Shown in pieces: positions 27,051 to 36,796 of a DNA stretch of 64,000 nucleotides. The translations under genes were made by a program, and so were the position numbers. The DNA comes from Armatimonadota bacterium (GTDB lineage: Bacteria > Armatimonadota > UBA10988). The notes under the pieces are model-generated. The model saw nothing but the letters and a program-made list of their open reading frames with translations, did not search any database and was not told where the DNA came from. How positions within the stretch are numbered: position 1 is the stretch's first letter; the number at the start of each line of letters is the position of its first letter. The DNA lies in contig JACRKZ010000069.1 of assembly GCA_016235455.1 (NCBI GenBank), positions 19,775 through 83,774 on the forward strand, given 5' to 3'.

Positions 27051-27123
27051 ACGTCTCTCCCAGCACGCACACCAAGCCTGCGGGGACGCGCCACGATGGC
27101 CGTCCCCGCGGGCTTCGCCGTAC

Positions 27124-30100
27124 CTACTTGACCTCGGCCACGACGCCCGAGCGCAGCACCACCGGCCCCAGCATACCCGACGGCAGCAGCTCGGAGTCCT
27201 TGGTGTAGTGGCGCCAGGTGGTCCAGGTGTAGCGACCGTCGTTGGGCTTGGGCTTGCCGTCGAGTATCCACTGCGGCCAGGCCAGCAGGCGGCCGTCACC
27301 GCCCCACTGCCGGCCGTCGTCGATCTGCTCGTCACCAATGAGGCGGTTGGGCCACAGGTTGGTCACGCGCACGCGGATGTCGTTGCTGCCGGCCTTGGCC
27401 ACGCCCGTCAGGTCATAGCGGAACGGCGGCTTCCAGAGCACGCCCTGGCTCTTGCCGTTGACGAACAGCTCGGCGAAGTTGACCACCCGGCCCAGGTCGA
27501 GCACCAGCCTTCGGTTGGCGCCCACCCAGTCGGCGGGCACATCGAGGTTGCGCTGATACTCGGCGGTGCCCGAGAAGTAGCGCACGCCGGCCTCGGTGTG
27601 CTCGGTCCAGGAGATCAGCTTGTCCAGCGTGACGCTCGCCGGCGCACCCCAGTTGGGTGGGAACGACAGCTTCCACGGCCCGGGCACGGCCGCCTGGCGC
27701 GGGCCGGTGGCGATGTCGAGCTTGGCCGTCTTGCCACCGCTGAGCCCGAACTCGAACGCGCCGGGCGCCCACGCGGTCAGCCTCGGCCGCCCGTTGGCGC
27801 CGATGGCCAGGTCATAGGGCTCGGGCAGCAGCGTCGCGCCGCCGCTGCTGGCCGGCAGCGTCAGCACCGCGTTCTCCGCCACGCGCGCCGAGCGGCGCAC
27901 GCCGTTGAGGCGGTACTCGACGCGCGTCTCCTTGACGGTCATGTTGGCCGGGTCACCGGCCAGGTCGTTGCCGCATTGCAGCTGCAGGCGGCCGTTCTTC
28001 ACCGCGTCGTTGAGGATCTTGGTGACGTCGACGAACTGGGCCTGCGGCTCCTCGCCTTCCACCAGGCCATAAACCGCCTTCTCGACAGTGGCGCCGGCGG
28101 GCACTTCCAGGTTGCTGTTCTCCTCGACAACCACGGTCTTCTGCTGGCCGTTGAGGGTGTAGACGACCTTGAGCGACTTGACCACCTGGTTGGCGGGGTC
28201 GGAGCCGGCCATGGCGTTGGTGGCGGGGATGGCGCGCTGGCCGGCGGCCACCATGGCGCGCACCTTCTCGGTGACGTCGACGCGGTCGCCGGCTTCGGGG
28301 AACACGCCATAGCGCGCCGAGTCGATGATCAGCTCGTCCGGCTTGGCGGCTTCGACGCCGGGCGCGGTCATGGCCTCGCCGGTACGCGCCACACTGGCCA
28401 CGCCCACGGCGCCACCCAGCGGCTTACGGAAGACCACGAACACCGAGCCGCGGCCTTCGAAGGGCAGCGTGACCCGCGTGCGGCCATCGACCCGCTGCCA
28501 CAGCGGCGCGGGCTCGATGACGCCGGTGTCGGCGTGGAACAGTTCGGGCAGCAGGTTGCCGACGCGGAACGTGGCGCTGAGTTCGTGCGAGCGGTCGGAC
28601 CAACTGGCCAGGAAGTAGATCTCCTGGTTGCCCGCACGGCGGTGCAGCCAGCGCATCGAGCCGGCCTCTGGCCCGGCGAACTCCAGGTCGGGGCTGAGCT
28701 TCATGTCGGTCAGCACCGCCGCCAGCGGCTTGCCCCACACCAGCGTGCCGCGGCCGACGGCGCGCTGGGTCTTGGTCTTGCCGTCCAGGTCGCCCCAGAC
28801 CGCTGACGCCAGCTTCTGCACCTCGGCATCGCTGCCGGGCTTCAGGCTCGGGCTGCGGCTCGGCTTGGGGCCGACCACCGTGGCGCCGGCTTCCAACAGT
28901 GCCTGCACCTTGGCCAGCGACTCGGGCAGCATGGTGTCCGACTCCGGCAGCACCAGCACCCGGTAGCGGCTGCCATGCGGCAGCGTCAACTGGCCGTCGG
29001 CCACCTTCAGCCGGCCTAGGATGGTCGGGTCGGCGCAGTCGTAGTCGTAGCCGGCCGGCAGCGTGCCGCGGCCCACGGCGTTGTTGGGCGAGTTGTCGCC
29101 CACGAAGACCAGCGCATCGGCGGCATAGACGCCCGACTGCAGCAGGAACTGGCCGCGCGCGAGGTACTTGGTCCAGGCCGGGGCCTGTTCCCACCAGGTG
29201 ATGGGCCACTCGAAGTGCATGCCCCAGCGGCTCATGGTCATGCCCGGCTTCAGGTCGGTCCAGGGCTGATGGGCATAGCGGTGGAAGATGAAGCGGCTCA
29301 CGCCGGCGCACCACATGCGGTCGCCGAGCGCCTTGATGGACCACGGGTCGTTGCGCCAGGCGCCGTTCTCGGGGCTGGCGGTGAACGATTCCGCGCCGAC
29401 CACGCTGCGGCCATAGGTGTGGGCGATGGAGCCGGCCAGTTTGCCGCCGAACTCATCGCCGCCACTGCCCGACCAGAATTCGGTCATGGGCAGCGTGGCA
29501 TAGCCGCCGGCTGTCAGGCCGTCGAAGTTACCATTGCCATAGGGCTCAGCCGCGAGGCTCATGCCACGTTGCGCGGCCAGCTCGGCGAAGCGCCCGTAGT
29601 AGTTTTCGTCGAACAGCTCTCCCAGCGTCCGGCGCACGTCCCACAAGAAGCGCTCGCTGACGGCCAGGCTGTCCACCACGCGGCCGGTCATGGCCGGCAG
29701 GTAGAGCTTGGGGTCGTAGCCGCGGCGCTTGGTGAACTCGGCGGCGAACTTGGGGGTCCAGGTCTGGAAGCCGACCTCATAGCTGTCGATCAACGTCTGC
29801 GTGAGCGACTTGCCCACAAACGGCTCGCAAGCGTCGAGGATGGGCTTGACGCCCTTGTCCCAGAAGGAGGTCACGGCCTCGTAGCTGAGCTTGTCGACCT
29901 CCAGCCCGCGGCCCGGCTCGGGCGAGGGATGGTTGTCCTTGCCGGTGCAGGTGTGGCCCAGGCGCAAGATGGTCCAGTCGCCCGTGGGCGCGTCCCAGTC
30001 CAGCGTGCCATCGGCGGCGCACTTGTCGCTCAGGTCGATCATCTGCGCGCGGTCGAGGCGCGCGTCGGCGTCGACTTCGGGACCGGCGGCGGGCGGCTGG

Positions 30101-31083
30101 TTGTCGGCGCGGTCGAAGCCGGCCTTGCGCGGCCAGTCGTCGATGCGCGCGGCGCCGCTCAGGTCGACCTCGGCCAGCGCCACGGCGCGCGCGCGGCTGT
30201 CGAAGCCGGTGAAGCGCACGCGCCAGACCTTGGCGCGGGCGGCGGCGAAGGTGGTCGAGGCGCGACCACCCTCGGCCGAGATGGCGAACACGTCGACCCG
30301 GCGGAAGTTCGTGCCGTCGTCCGACGCCTCCAGCACGCCGCGGTGCGCCTGGCGACCGGGTCCGCCCTGAATGGTCAGCGAGCGCGCCGCGAACGGCGCG
30401 GCGAAGGCGAAGGTGAGGGCCAGCTCAGTGCCTGCCGCGGGCTTGGCCAGCGTCACCGCGGTGCCGTTGTTGCCGTCTGTCAGCCGCGCGAAGTCGACGG
30501 CCGTCGCGGGCGCGGGCGTGACCGTCACGGTCGGCTTGGCCTCGGCCAGAGAGTGCTGCTCGGCGCGCGGCGTGGGGAAGGCCAGCACGGCGATGGGCAC
30601 GTAATGGTTCTGCACCTTCTGCGGCTGGGCCAGCGGCGCCTTGGGCCGACCGGGCCCGACCAGATGCGCCTCGGTCCACACCAGCTTCTGCATACCCTCG
30701 GCCGGGGTGACCCACGGTCCGCCCGACGACGACCAGCCGGCGCAGTTGTGGAAGCACATCTCCAGCCCGTTGCGGTCGGCCTCGGAGATGGCGTGGCGGA
30801 ACAGCTTGATCCACTCGGGGCTCAGGTAGTTGACCCGGCCCGCGGGGATGCCGTCGTCGACGTTGAAGATCTGCGCGCCGCCCAGACCGACCTTGCGCAT
30901 CTCCTCGATGTCCTTGGTCAGGCCGGCGGCGGTGATGTTGCCGTTCATCCAGTGCCACCAGGTCTGCGGCTTGGCGGCCCGCGGCGGGTCGGCGAACCCG
31001 GCGGTCAGGTCCTGCGCGGCCAGCGGCGCCAGGGCCAGCAGCAGGGCGGCGGTCAGTAGTCGGAGCAGTCGGCACGTGCGCAT
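27124..31083 (-). CDS. Secreted 1319-aa glycoside hydrolase, GH106-like (alpha-L-rhamnosidase-type; family tentative)
   Basis: Signal peptide MRTCRLLRLLTAALLLALAPLAAQ. N-terminus FADPPRAAKPQTWWHWMNGNITAAGLTKDIEEMRKVGLGGAQIFN is typical of GH106-type enzymes. C-terminal GH2-type sugar-binding module. Confidence 0.55.
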   Translation of the reverse strand: MRTCRLLRLLTAALLLALAPLAAQDLTAGFADPPRAAKPQTWWHWMNGNITAAGLTKDIEEMRKVGLGGAQIFNVDDGIPAGRVNYLSPEWIKLFRHAISEADRNGLEMCFHNCAGWSSSGGPWVTPAEGMQKLVWTEAHLVGPGRPKAPLAQPQKVQNHYVPIAVLAFPTPRAEQHSLAEAKPTVTVTPAPATAVDFARLTDGNNGTAVTLAKPAAGTELALTFAFAAPFAARSLTIQGGPGRQAHRGVLEASDDGTNFRRVDVFAISAEGGRASTTFAAARAKVWRVRFTGFDSRARAVALAEVDLSGAARIDDWPRKAGFDRADNQPPAAGPEVDADARLDRAQMIDLSDKCAADGTLDWDAPTGDWTILRLGHTCTGKDNHPSPEPGRGLEVDKLSYEAVTSFWDKGVKPILDACEPFVGKSLTQTLIDSYEVGFQTWTPKFAAEFTKRRGYDPKLYLPAMTGRVVDSLAVSERFLWDVRRTLGELFDENYYGRFAELAAQRGMSLAAEPYGNGNFDGLTAGGYATLPMTEFWSGSGGDEFGGKLAGSIAHTYGRSVVGAESFTASPENGAWRNDPWSIKALGDRMWCAGVSRFIFHRYAHQPWTDLKPGMTMSRWGMHFEWPITWWEQAPAWTKYLARGQFLLQSGVYAADALVFVGDNSPNNAVGRGTLPAGYDYDCADPTILGRLKVADGQLTLPHGSRYRVLVLPESDTMLPESLAKVQALLEAGATVVGPKPSRSPSLKPGSDAEVQKLASAVWGDLDGKTKTQRAVGRGTLVWGKPLAAVLTDMKLSPDLEFAGPEAGSMRWLHRRAGNQEIYFLASWSDRSHELSATFRVGNLLPELFHADTGVIEPAPLWQRVDGRTRVTLPFEGRGSVFVVFRKPLGGAVGVASVARTGEAMTAPGVEAAKPDELIIDSARYGVFPEAGDRVDVTEKVRAMVAAGQRAIPATNAMAGSDPANQVVKSLKVVYTLNGQQKTVVVEENSNLEVPAGATVEKAVYGLVEGEEPQAQFVDVTKILNDAVKNGRLQLQCGNDLAGDPANMTVKETRVEYRLNGVRRSARVAENAVLTLPASSGGATLLPEPYDLAIGANGRPRLTAWAPGAFEFGLSGGKTAKLDIATGPRQAAVPGPWKLSFPPNWGAPASVTLDKLISWTEHTEAGVRYFSGTAEYQRNLDVPADWVGANRRLVLDLGRVVNFAELFVNGKSQGVLWKPPFRYDLTGVAKAGSNDIRVRVTNLWPNRLIGDEQIDDGRQWGGDGRLLAWPQWILDGKPKPNDGRYTWTTWRHYTKDSELLPSGMLGPVVLRSGVVAEVK

Positions 31084-31151
31084 TGGTCGGTCCCCGTGTG
31101 GTCTTGGGGCAGGGTTCCGCGGCGAACGGCTGAGTCCTTCCAGTCTCCTCG

Positions 31152-34100
31152 ATGCCCGAGCGGATCCCTACCGGTACTTGGCGCGAGATGTTACTTGCTG
31201 TGAAGGGAAGGCCGCCCGGGTGGCGAAGCGGGTGCGGCACAAGGCGGGAACCCATGGCTGTAGCGTGGCTGGCCGAGACCACGGCGGCGGACGCTGTCGT
31301 GAACCTGGCGTGCGACTTCGGCTACGCCACCGCGCGCGACGGCGAGGTGGCAGAGCGCGTGCGCGTGATGTTGCGGCTGGCTGAACAGGGCGCCGAAGCC
31401 AACCACGATCTGCTTCGTGCGCTACGCATCGCCGAGGCCGAGGCGCTGGCGGGCCTCTGTGACCGCTGGTTGCACTGGTCTGGTGCGGCGCCCGCGCTCA
31501 ACCGCACGCCCACGGCACCGACGGCCCATGGCGCGGCCAACGACGCCGTGCGCTGGGTGCTCCGTCTGACCGAGGCCGCACAGGCCCGTGCGCAGAGCCT
31601 GAGGACGGCGAGCTCCGAGTCGATCGGGCGATGCGGAGTCGCGCCGCTGAGCGCCGTCGATCGCGTGCTGGCCGCCGCGCTCGCGGCGCAGGTCCGACCC
31701 GCCGCCGGTGGCGAGTTCGGCGAGTCGCTGGCAGGCTACCTGGCGGCGGTGGCAGCGCCCCTGGGCACGCCGCCAGAGAGCTTCGGCGCGCTGTGCCAGG
31801 GCTGGTGGCTCAGCCTGCTGGCCCACCGGTTCCGGCGGGAGTTCGCACCTGATGGGCGGCCTCGGGCCTGCTATCAGTCGGACCTACTGGCCCGCATCGG
31901 CCAAGCCGAACTCGTGCCCGAACGGCTCGCTGAGCGTGATGGCCAGATGGCGCAAGCGCTGGCGGTGCTGGCCGAATGGCGTCTCACGAGCCCAGACGTC
32001 ACGGCGTCCAGGGACGACCAGGATGGGCAGGCAAGCCGCCTCACCGAGGCCTGGTCCACGCTCGATGGCTGGCTTGGCGAGCTGGTCGGCGTCTCCTGGC
32101 ACGTGGGCGCCAGCCGCTGGCGACGCGGCCGGCTCCACACCCAGTTCCACGTCGTGGCCACGAGCTCGTCGCTGCCACCGGTCTACGCCGCTGTGCCCGT
32201 GCCGGCGCCACCCAACGCGGACCACTTCGCCGAGCGCGAGGCCGATGTCGAGGCCATCGTCGCGGCGTTGGCGGCGCGATGCCCGGTGGCCCTGCTCGGT
32301 CCGGCCGGCATCGGCTTGACCAGCCTGGCGGCCGCAGCCCTGGCTGATCCGCGCGTGGCTGGACCGGGCGCCGACCGGCGGTACTACGCCGACCTGAGGC
32401 GCGCGGCCGCCGCTGATACCATCGTGTCCACAGTGGTCGCGGCGTGCGGCGTGAAGCCGAGCGGCGCCGACACGAGCAGACTCGTCGCGCATCTGGCCCA
32501 GTCGCCGGCGGCCTTGGTGCTCGACCACGCCGACGCCGCGCTGCGGCTCGGTGCCAAGGTGGTCGATGACCTGCTGCGGGCCCTGACGGGCACGCCTGGC
32601 CTGGGCCTGATCGTCGCCCTGCGCGGCGAACCGCGAACGCCTGACGAGACGCTGTCGGGCTTCAGGCAGGTCAGACCGAGGCTGCTGAGTCCTGACGCCG
32701 CCCTGGGGCTGTTTCGCCGACTGACTGACCGGCCGAGCGGCGACAACGCCGTCCTGCGCGGCCTGTTGGCCAAGGTCGACGGCCTGCCGCTGGCGGTAAC
32801 GCTGCTGGCGGCAGCGGCCCGGCTCGAGCCCGACCTGGCCGCGCTGGCGAGCCGCTGGGACAGCGAGCGCGCCCGCCTGACGCGCTCCGGCGCGGGCGGC
32901 ATCGTCACTGGTCTGGACATCGCGGTCGCCGTGGCCCTGGCCAGCGAACAGCTCACCGACCAGGCCAAGCGCCTGTTGCGTGCGCTGGCTGAGCTGCCCG
33001 ACGGTCTGGGCGATGACGACCTGGCGGAGCTCTACCCCCATGATGGGCGGCGATGCGCGCGCTGCCTGCGTGCTCATGCGCTGCTGGACGAGACGGCCGG
33101 CCGGCTGAGGCTGCCGGGCGCGGTCGCCGAGCGGGCGCGCGCGCAGTTGCCGCCCGATGAGGTCGAGCACGACCGCGTCGCCGAGCACTTCGCGGCGCTG
33201 TCCGAGGCGGGCAAGATGATCGGCCGCGACGGCGCTGCCGAAGTGGTGGCGCGCCTGGCGGCCGAAGCGGGCAACATCGAGGCCGCGTTGCACTGGTTGG
33301 TGGACCGGCGGCCTGTCGCCGTGCTGATGACCGCCTTCGACGGCTACGCCGAACTGGTCCGCTTCACGGGCATCGGATCCGAGGCGCCACTGCGACGCGC
33401 GGCGGCCCGGGCCGAGGCCGCGGGCGACACCTATGGCGTGGCGGAGGCGTTGCTCGAGCTGGCGCTGACGGCTTCCGGGCGCGGCGACCGCCCTGCCGCC
33501 CGATCACACTACGAGCACGCGCTGCTGAACTACCAACGCATGGGCGACCTGCGGGGTCAGGCCAACTGTGTCAGGGGCCTGGGTAACATAGCGCTCGACG
33601 GCGTGGACGCCATGACGGCACGGGCACACTACGAGCAGGCGGTGCCGCTGTACCAGCAGGCGGGTGACGTTGTCGGGCAGGCGGGTTGCGAGGAGGGGCT
33701 CGGCCGCGCGGCGCTGCTTCGCTCGGACTACGCCTCGGCACGCGCTCATTTCGAGCAGGCACTGCCGTTGTATGAGCGGGCCGCGATCGCCGTGGGCCAG
33801 GCCAACTGCCTGCACAGCCTCGGCGAACTGGCGATGGAGCGCGCGGACCATGCCGAGGCCGGAGTTCGCTACGGGCAGGCGCTGCCGCTGTACCAGCAGA
33901 TCGGCGATGCTCACTCGCACGCGCATTGCCTTCAGGCGCTGGGCGAGGTGGCGCTGGCCGGCTCGCGGTTCAAGACGGCCATGGCCCGCTTCGAGCAGGC
34001 CCTGGCTGCCCACGAGCAAGCTGGCTCCGTGCTGGGTCAGGCCGGCGCCGTGCGCCGCCTCGGCGACCTGGTCAAGGGCTTCTGGGACCACCCGACCGCG

Positions 34101-34490
34101 CGCCGACACTACCAGCAGGCGCTGGCGATGTACGAGAGTGCTGGGGCCGACCTTGGCCGGGCGTGGTGCGAGATAGCGCTGGGCGATGTGGCTCGTGACA
34201 GCGGCGACCTCGCCGGCGCGCGGCTCGGCTTTGAGCGTGCCGCGGAACTGGCCCTGCGCGCGGCCGCCCCGAGCGCCGCGGCCATGGCCCACCTGCGCCT
34301 GGCGGCCATCGCCGCCGACGGCGCGGAGTGTGCCCAACAGCAAGCCATGGCGGTCGAGTTGCTGGGCGCCGACGGCCGCGATGTCCAGCCGGCGCAAGTG
34401 GCCATGCTGACCCGCCAGCACCGCCAGCGGTCGCGTGTCGCCCTGCGCCGGTGGATTGCACGCCTGTTCTGGGCCGCTTTGCGCGAGTGA
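31152..34490 (+). CDS. STAND-type NTPase (NB-ARC-like) with C-terminal TPR array; start uncertain (ATG at 31152 or 31254)
   Basis: P-loop-like LLGPAGIGLTSLA (32298-32324). Walker B-like ALVLDHAD. GLPLAV motif. At least 8 TPR-like repeats with the pattern Y-x-QALPLYQ-x-GD-x-GQA-x-C. Confidence 0.75.
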   Translation: MPERIPTGTWREMLLAVKGRPPGWRSGCGTRREPMAVAWLAETTAADAVVNLACDFGYATARDGEVAERVRVMLRLAEQGAEANHDLLRALRIAEAEALAGLCDRWLHWSGAAPALNRTPTAPTAHGAANDAVRWVLRLTEAAQARAQSLRTASSESIGRCGVAPLSAVDRVLAAALAAQVRPAAGGEFGESLAGYLAAVAAPLGTPPESFGALCQGWWLSLLAHRFRREFAPDGRPRACYQSDLLARIGQAELVPERLAERDGQMAQALAVLAEWRLTSPDVTASRDDQDGQASRLTEAWSTLDGWLGELVGVSWHVGASRWRRGRLHTQFHVVATSSSLPPVYAAVPVPAPPNADHFAEREADVEAIVAALAARCPVALLGPAGIGLTSLAAAALADPRVAGPGADRRYYADLRRAAAADTIVSTVVAACGVKPSGADTSRLVAHLAQSPAALVLDHADAALRLGAKVVDDLLRALTGTPGLGLIVALRGEPRTPDETLSGFRQVRPRLLSPDAALGLFRRLTDRPSGDNAVLRGLLAKVDGLPLAVTLLAAAARLEPDLAALASRWDSERARLTRSGAGGIVTGLDIAVAVALASEQLTDQAKRLLRALAELPDGLGDDDLAELYPHDGRRCARCLRAHALLDETAGRLRLPGAVAERARAQLPPDEVEHDRVAEHFAALSEAGKMIGRDGAAEVVARLAAEAGNIEAALHWLVDRRPVAVLMTAFDGYAELVRFTGIGSEAPLRRAAARAEAAGDTYGVAEALLELALTASGRGDRPAARSHYEHALLNYQRMGDLRGQANCVRGLGNIALDGVDAMTARAHYEQAVPLYQQAGDVVGQAGCEEGLGRAALLRSDYASARAHFEQALPLYERAAIAVGQANCLHSLGELAMERADHAEAGVRYGQALPLYQQIGDAHSHAHCLQALGEVALAGSRFKTAMARFEQALAAHEQAGSVLGQAGAVRRLGDLVKGFWDHPTARRHYQQALAMYESAGADLGRAWCEIALGDVARDSGDLAGARLGFERAAELALRAAAPSAAAMAHLRLAAIAADGAECAQQQAMAVELLGADGRDVQPAQVAMLTRQHRQRSRVALRRWIARLFWAALRE

Positions 34491-34500
34491 GCGCCGGGCT

Positions 34501-35856
34501 CTACGCCTTCGCCGCCAACCGCGCCTCAATGCTTTCCCGCAGCTTCGTGGCCTCGGGGATGATGCTGCTGAAGGTCACCGCGCCGTCGATGATGATGGTC
34601 GGGATGGACTTCACGCCCAGCGCCATCATGAGCGGGATGGTGTCGTCTTCCTTGAGCTTGTGCTCCACCCAGCGCACCTGCCCGCCAAACTGCGCCTCCA
34701 CGGCCCGGACCGCTTCGACCATGTACTGGCACGGCGCGCACGACAGCGAGTCGAGCGTGACCACCTCCACCAGCACCTCGCCCGGCTTAGTGTAGTCGGG
34801 CAGCTCGATGGTCACCGCGGCCGCCTCCTTCGCCGCGATCTCGCCGGTGAAGTCGCCGTGGACCACCTCGGCCACCGCCGCCACGTTCTCGGGCTTGGTG
34901 TCATAGGGCATGTCGCAGCCGGGCGCCAGCACGTAGCCGGTGGCGCCGCCGAGTTCGATGCACTGACGCGCCGCGCGGCGGGCGTCGTCGGTGTTGCCCA
35001 GCAGCAGCACGGTGGTCAGCGGGATGTTGCCACCAAAGGCTACGCCGTGCGCGCGGGCCACCTCGCCCATGGCCACCAGGTCGATCTGCTCGTCGACGAA
35101 CAGCGCGTCGGGCTTCGTGGCACACATGCCCGGCACGTTGCGCCAGGCATCGCCACACACGAACAGCGCGGTCGTGGCACCGACCGCCGCCCAACGCTGC
35201 CACAGCGGCGCGGCGACGGGAGCAATGAACTGGGCGAAGTGCGCCGGCGAGATCTGGCTGGTCATGGGGTCGACCGCCGCCACCACGTCGCAACCCGCCT
35301 CGCGGTACCACTCGCCAACGCGCCCGGCGATGTCGGCGCAGTAAGCCAGCAGCGCGTGAATGCGTTCCTCGTTGAGCACCATCTCCAGGAAGATATCCGA
35401 GCCCAGCAGGTGCAGCGCGAGGGTGAAGGGGCCGGTGACCAGCCCGAACAGCGCCACCTCGTCACCCACCCGCGCTCTCGCGCGGCGGATGGCCTCGATC
35501 ACCACCGGCAGGCGGCCTGAGTCCGGCGTGATCTCGGGCAGGTCGCTCAGATCGAGCCCGTGGGCCAGCGGATGGCTGTTGACTGCGGGCGGGTTCTCGC
35601 TCGACCAGACCAGTTCGCAGCCCAGCGCCTCGGCTTCCACCTGCAGATCGAAGACCACGGGCAGCCCGTCGGCGCGATAGCGCTCGGCCGCGGTGGCCAC
35701 GCCGGTGGCGATGTACTCGGGATCGCGCAGGTAGACATCGGCCGGCAGGTGCAGCAGCTTGCCACCATGGCAACCCACATAAGGGACCCACGGTGTGCGC
35801 GGCGTCGGGCGGCAATGCAGGGCGTCCAGCAGCAGTTCGCGGCGGGTCTGAGCCAT
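34501..35856 (-). CDS. URO-D (MtaA/CmuA-type) family methyltransferase fused to a C-terminal thioredoxin-like CxxC domain
   Basis: ATG at 35856 after TGGAGA. URO-D-family pattern through ...GGNIPLTTVLLLG...YVLAPGCDMPYDT. The C-terminal ~95 aa, VLVEVVTLDSLSCAPCQYM...SIPTIIIDG, is a thioredoxin-fold signature. Confidence 0.7.
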   Translation of the reverse strand: MAQTRRELLLDALHCRPTPRTPWVPYVGCHGGKLLHLPADVYLRDPEYIATGVATAAERYRADGLPVVFDLQVEAEALGCELVWSSENPPAVNSHPLAHGLDLSDLPEITPDSGRLPVVIEAIRRARARVGDEVALFGLVTGPFTLALHLLGSDIFLEMVLNEERIHALLAYCADIAGRVGEWYREAGCDVVAAVDPMTSQISPAHFAQFIAPVAAPLWQRWAAVGATTALFVCGDAWRNVPGMCATKPDALFVDEQIDLVAMGEVARAHGVAFGGNIPLTTVLLLGNTDDARRAARQCIELGGATGYVLAPGCDMPYDTKPENVAAVAEVVHGDFTGEIAAKEAAAVTIELPDYTKPGEVLVEVVTLDSLSCAPCQYMVEAVRAVEAQFGGQVRWVEHKLKEDDTIPLMMALGVKSIPTIIIDGAVTFSSIIPEATKLRESIEARLAAKA

Positions 35857-36011
35857 CGAAGGTCTCCAGGCTGCCGAGCGCACGCGCCTAAGCTCGGGAC
35901 GTGCGCCATCCTTGGCAGCCCTCAGGCTGTTTTGGTTAGGGTGAAAGCCCAGCGGCACGCGCCGTGGCGCGAGCCGCTGGGCTGAGCCAAGATGGCTCGG
36001 CAAAAGGAAGA

Positions 36012-36641
36012 CTAGGCGATGAGCGCCTTGAGCATATCGACGCAGCTACCGGCGTCCGGCGAGTAGCCGTCGGCACCGATCTCGTCGCAGTAGGCCTGGG
36101 TCACCGGCGCGCCGCCGATGATGACCTTGACACCGTCCTTGAGGCCGGCTTCCTTGAGCGCCTCGATGGTGCGGCCGATGTTCGGCATGGTGGTCGTCAG
36201 CAGGGCCGACAGAGCCACCACCGACGCACCGTCGGACACGGCTTCGATGAACTTCTCGGGCGACACGTCGACGCCCAGGTCCATGACCTTGAAGCCGGCG
36301 CCCTCGAGCATCATGGCCACCAGGTTCTTGCCGATGTCGTGAAGGTCGCCCTGCACCGTACCGATGGCCACCGTGGCCAACGCGGGCATGTCGCCTTCCT
36401 TCAGGAACGGCTTGACCAGCGCCATGGCGCCCTTCATCGCGCGAGCGGCGATGAGCACCTCGGGCACGTAGAACTCGTTGTTCTTGAACTTCTCACCCAC
36501 CACCAACATGCCGGGAATGAGTCCGTCGTTGACGATGGCGCTCGGCGCGGTACCCTCGTCCAACGCCTCTTGGGTCAGCCGCGTCGCTTCGGGCAGATTG
36601 CCGCCGATCACGGCCTCCTGCATGCTGTTGAAGTCTGCCAT
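36012..36641 (-). CDS. Cobalamin (corrinoid)-binding protein, MtaC/MttC-like
   Basis: B12-binding cap helix domain plus Rossmann domain with the DxHxxG motif (GDLHDIGKN) and SALLTTT. AGAGGAAGG RBS. Confidence 0.85.
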   Translation of the reverse strand: MADFNSMQEAVIGGNLPEATRLTQEALDEGTAPSAIVNDGLIPGMLVVGEKFKNNEFYVPEVLIAARAMKGAMALVKPFLKEGDMPALATVAIGTVQGDLHDIGKNLVAMMLEGAGFKVMDLGVDVSPEKFIEAVSDGASVVALSALLTTTMPNIGRTIEALKEAGLKDGVKVIIGGAPVTQAYCDEIGADGYSPDAGSCVDMLKALIA

Positions 36642-36746
36642 TGGTCACCTTCCTCTGACATGGACCGCGCCGCCACACGCGGCGCTTGGCCCAGCGGTCA
36701 TTCTAGTGGCCAGCGACCGCGCAGGGGAAGTACCTGAGGGCCCCAT

Positions 36747-36780
36747 GAGCACGAAGTTACCAGGCAGAGCACGAAACTAC
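36747..36780. promoter_or_regulatory. Two 14-nt direct repeats with a 20-nt period (candidate operator)
   Basis: GAGCACGAAGTTAC (36747-36760) and GAGCACGAAACTAC (36767-36780) match at 12 of 14. They lie 106-139 nt upstream of the corrinoid-protein start on the minus strand. Confidence 0.35.
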
Positions 36781-36796
36781 CAGAAGACGGTGAGAA

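Noticed and set aside
26698-31059. Plus-strand ORFs 26698..28806 (702 aa) and 29215..31059 (614 aa)
   Set aside because: They are antisense to the Gfo/Idh/MocA gene and the 1319-aa glycoside hydrolase, which have a signal peptide and family motifs. Both are shadow frames.
36642-36796. Possible cobalamin riboswitch upstream of the corrinoid-protein gene (contains GCGCGGTC...GCCACT-like strings)
   Set aside because: I could not find the full B12-box or core (GGTG...AATCC...GCCACTG with the expected helices). The resemblance is limited to a few GC-rich words, so an Infernal scan is needed before any claim.
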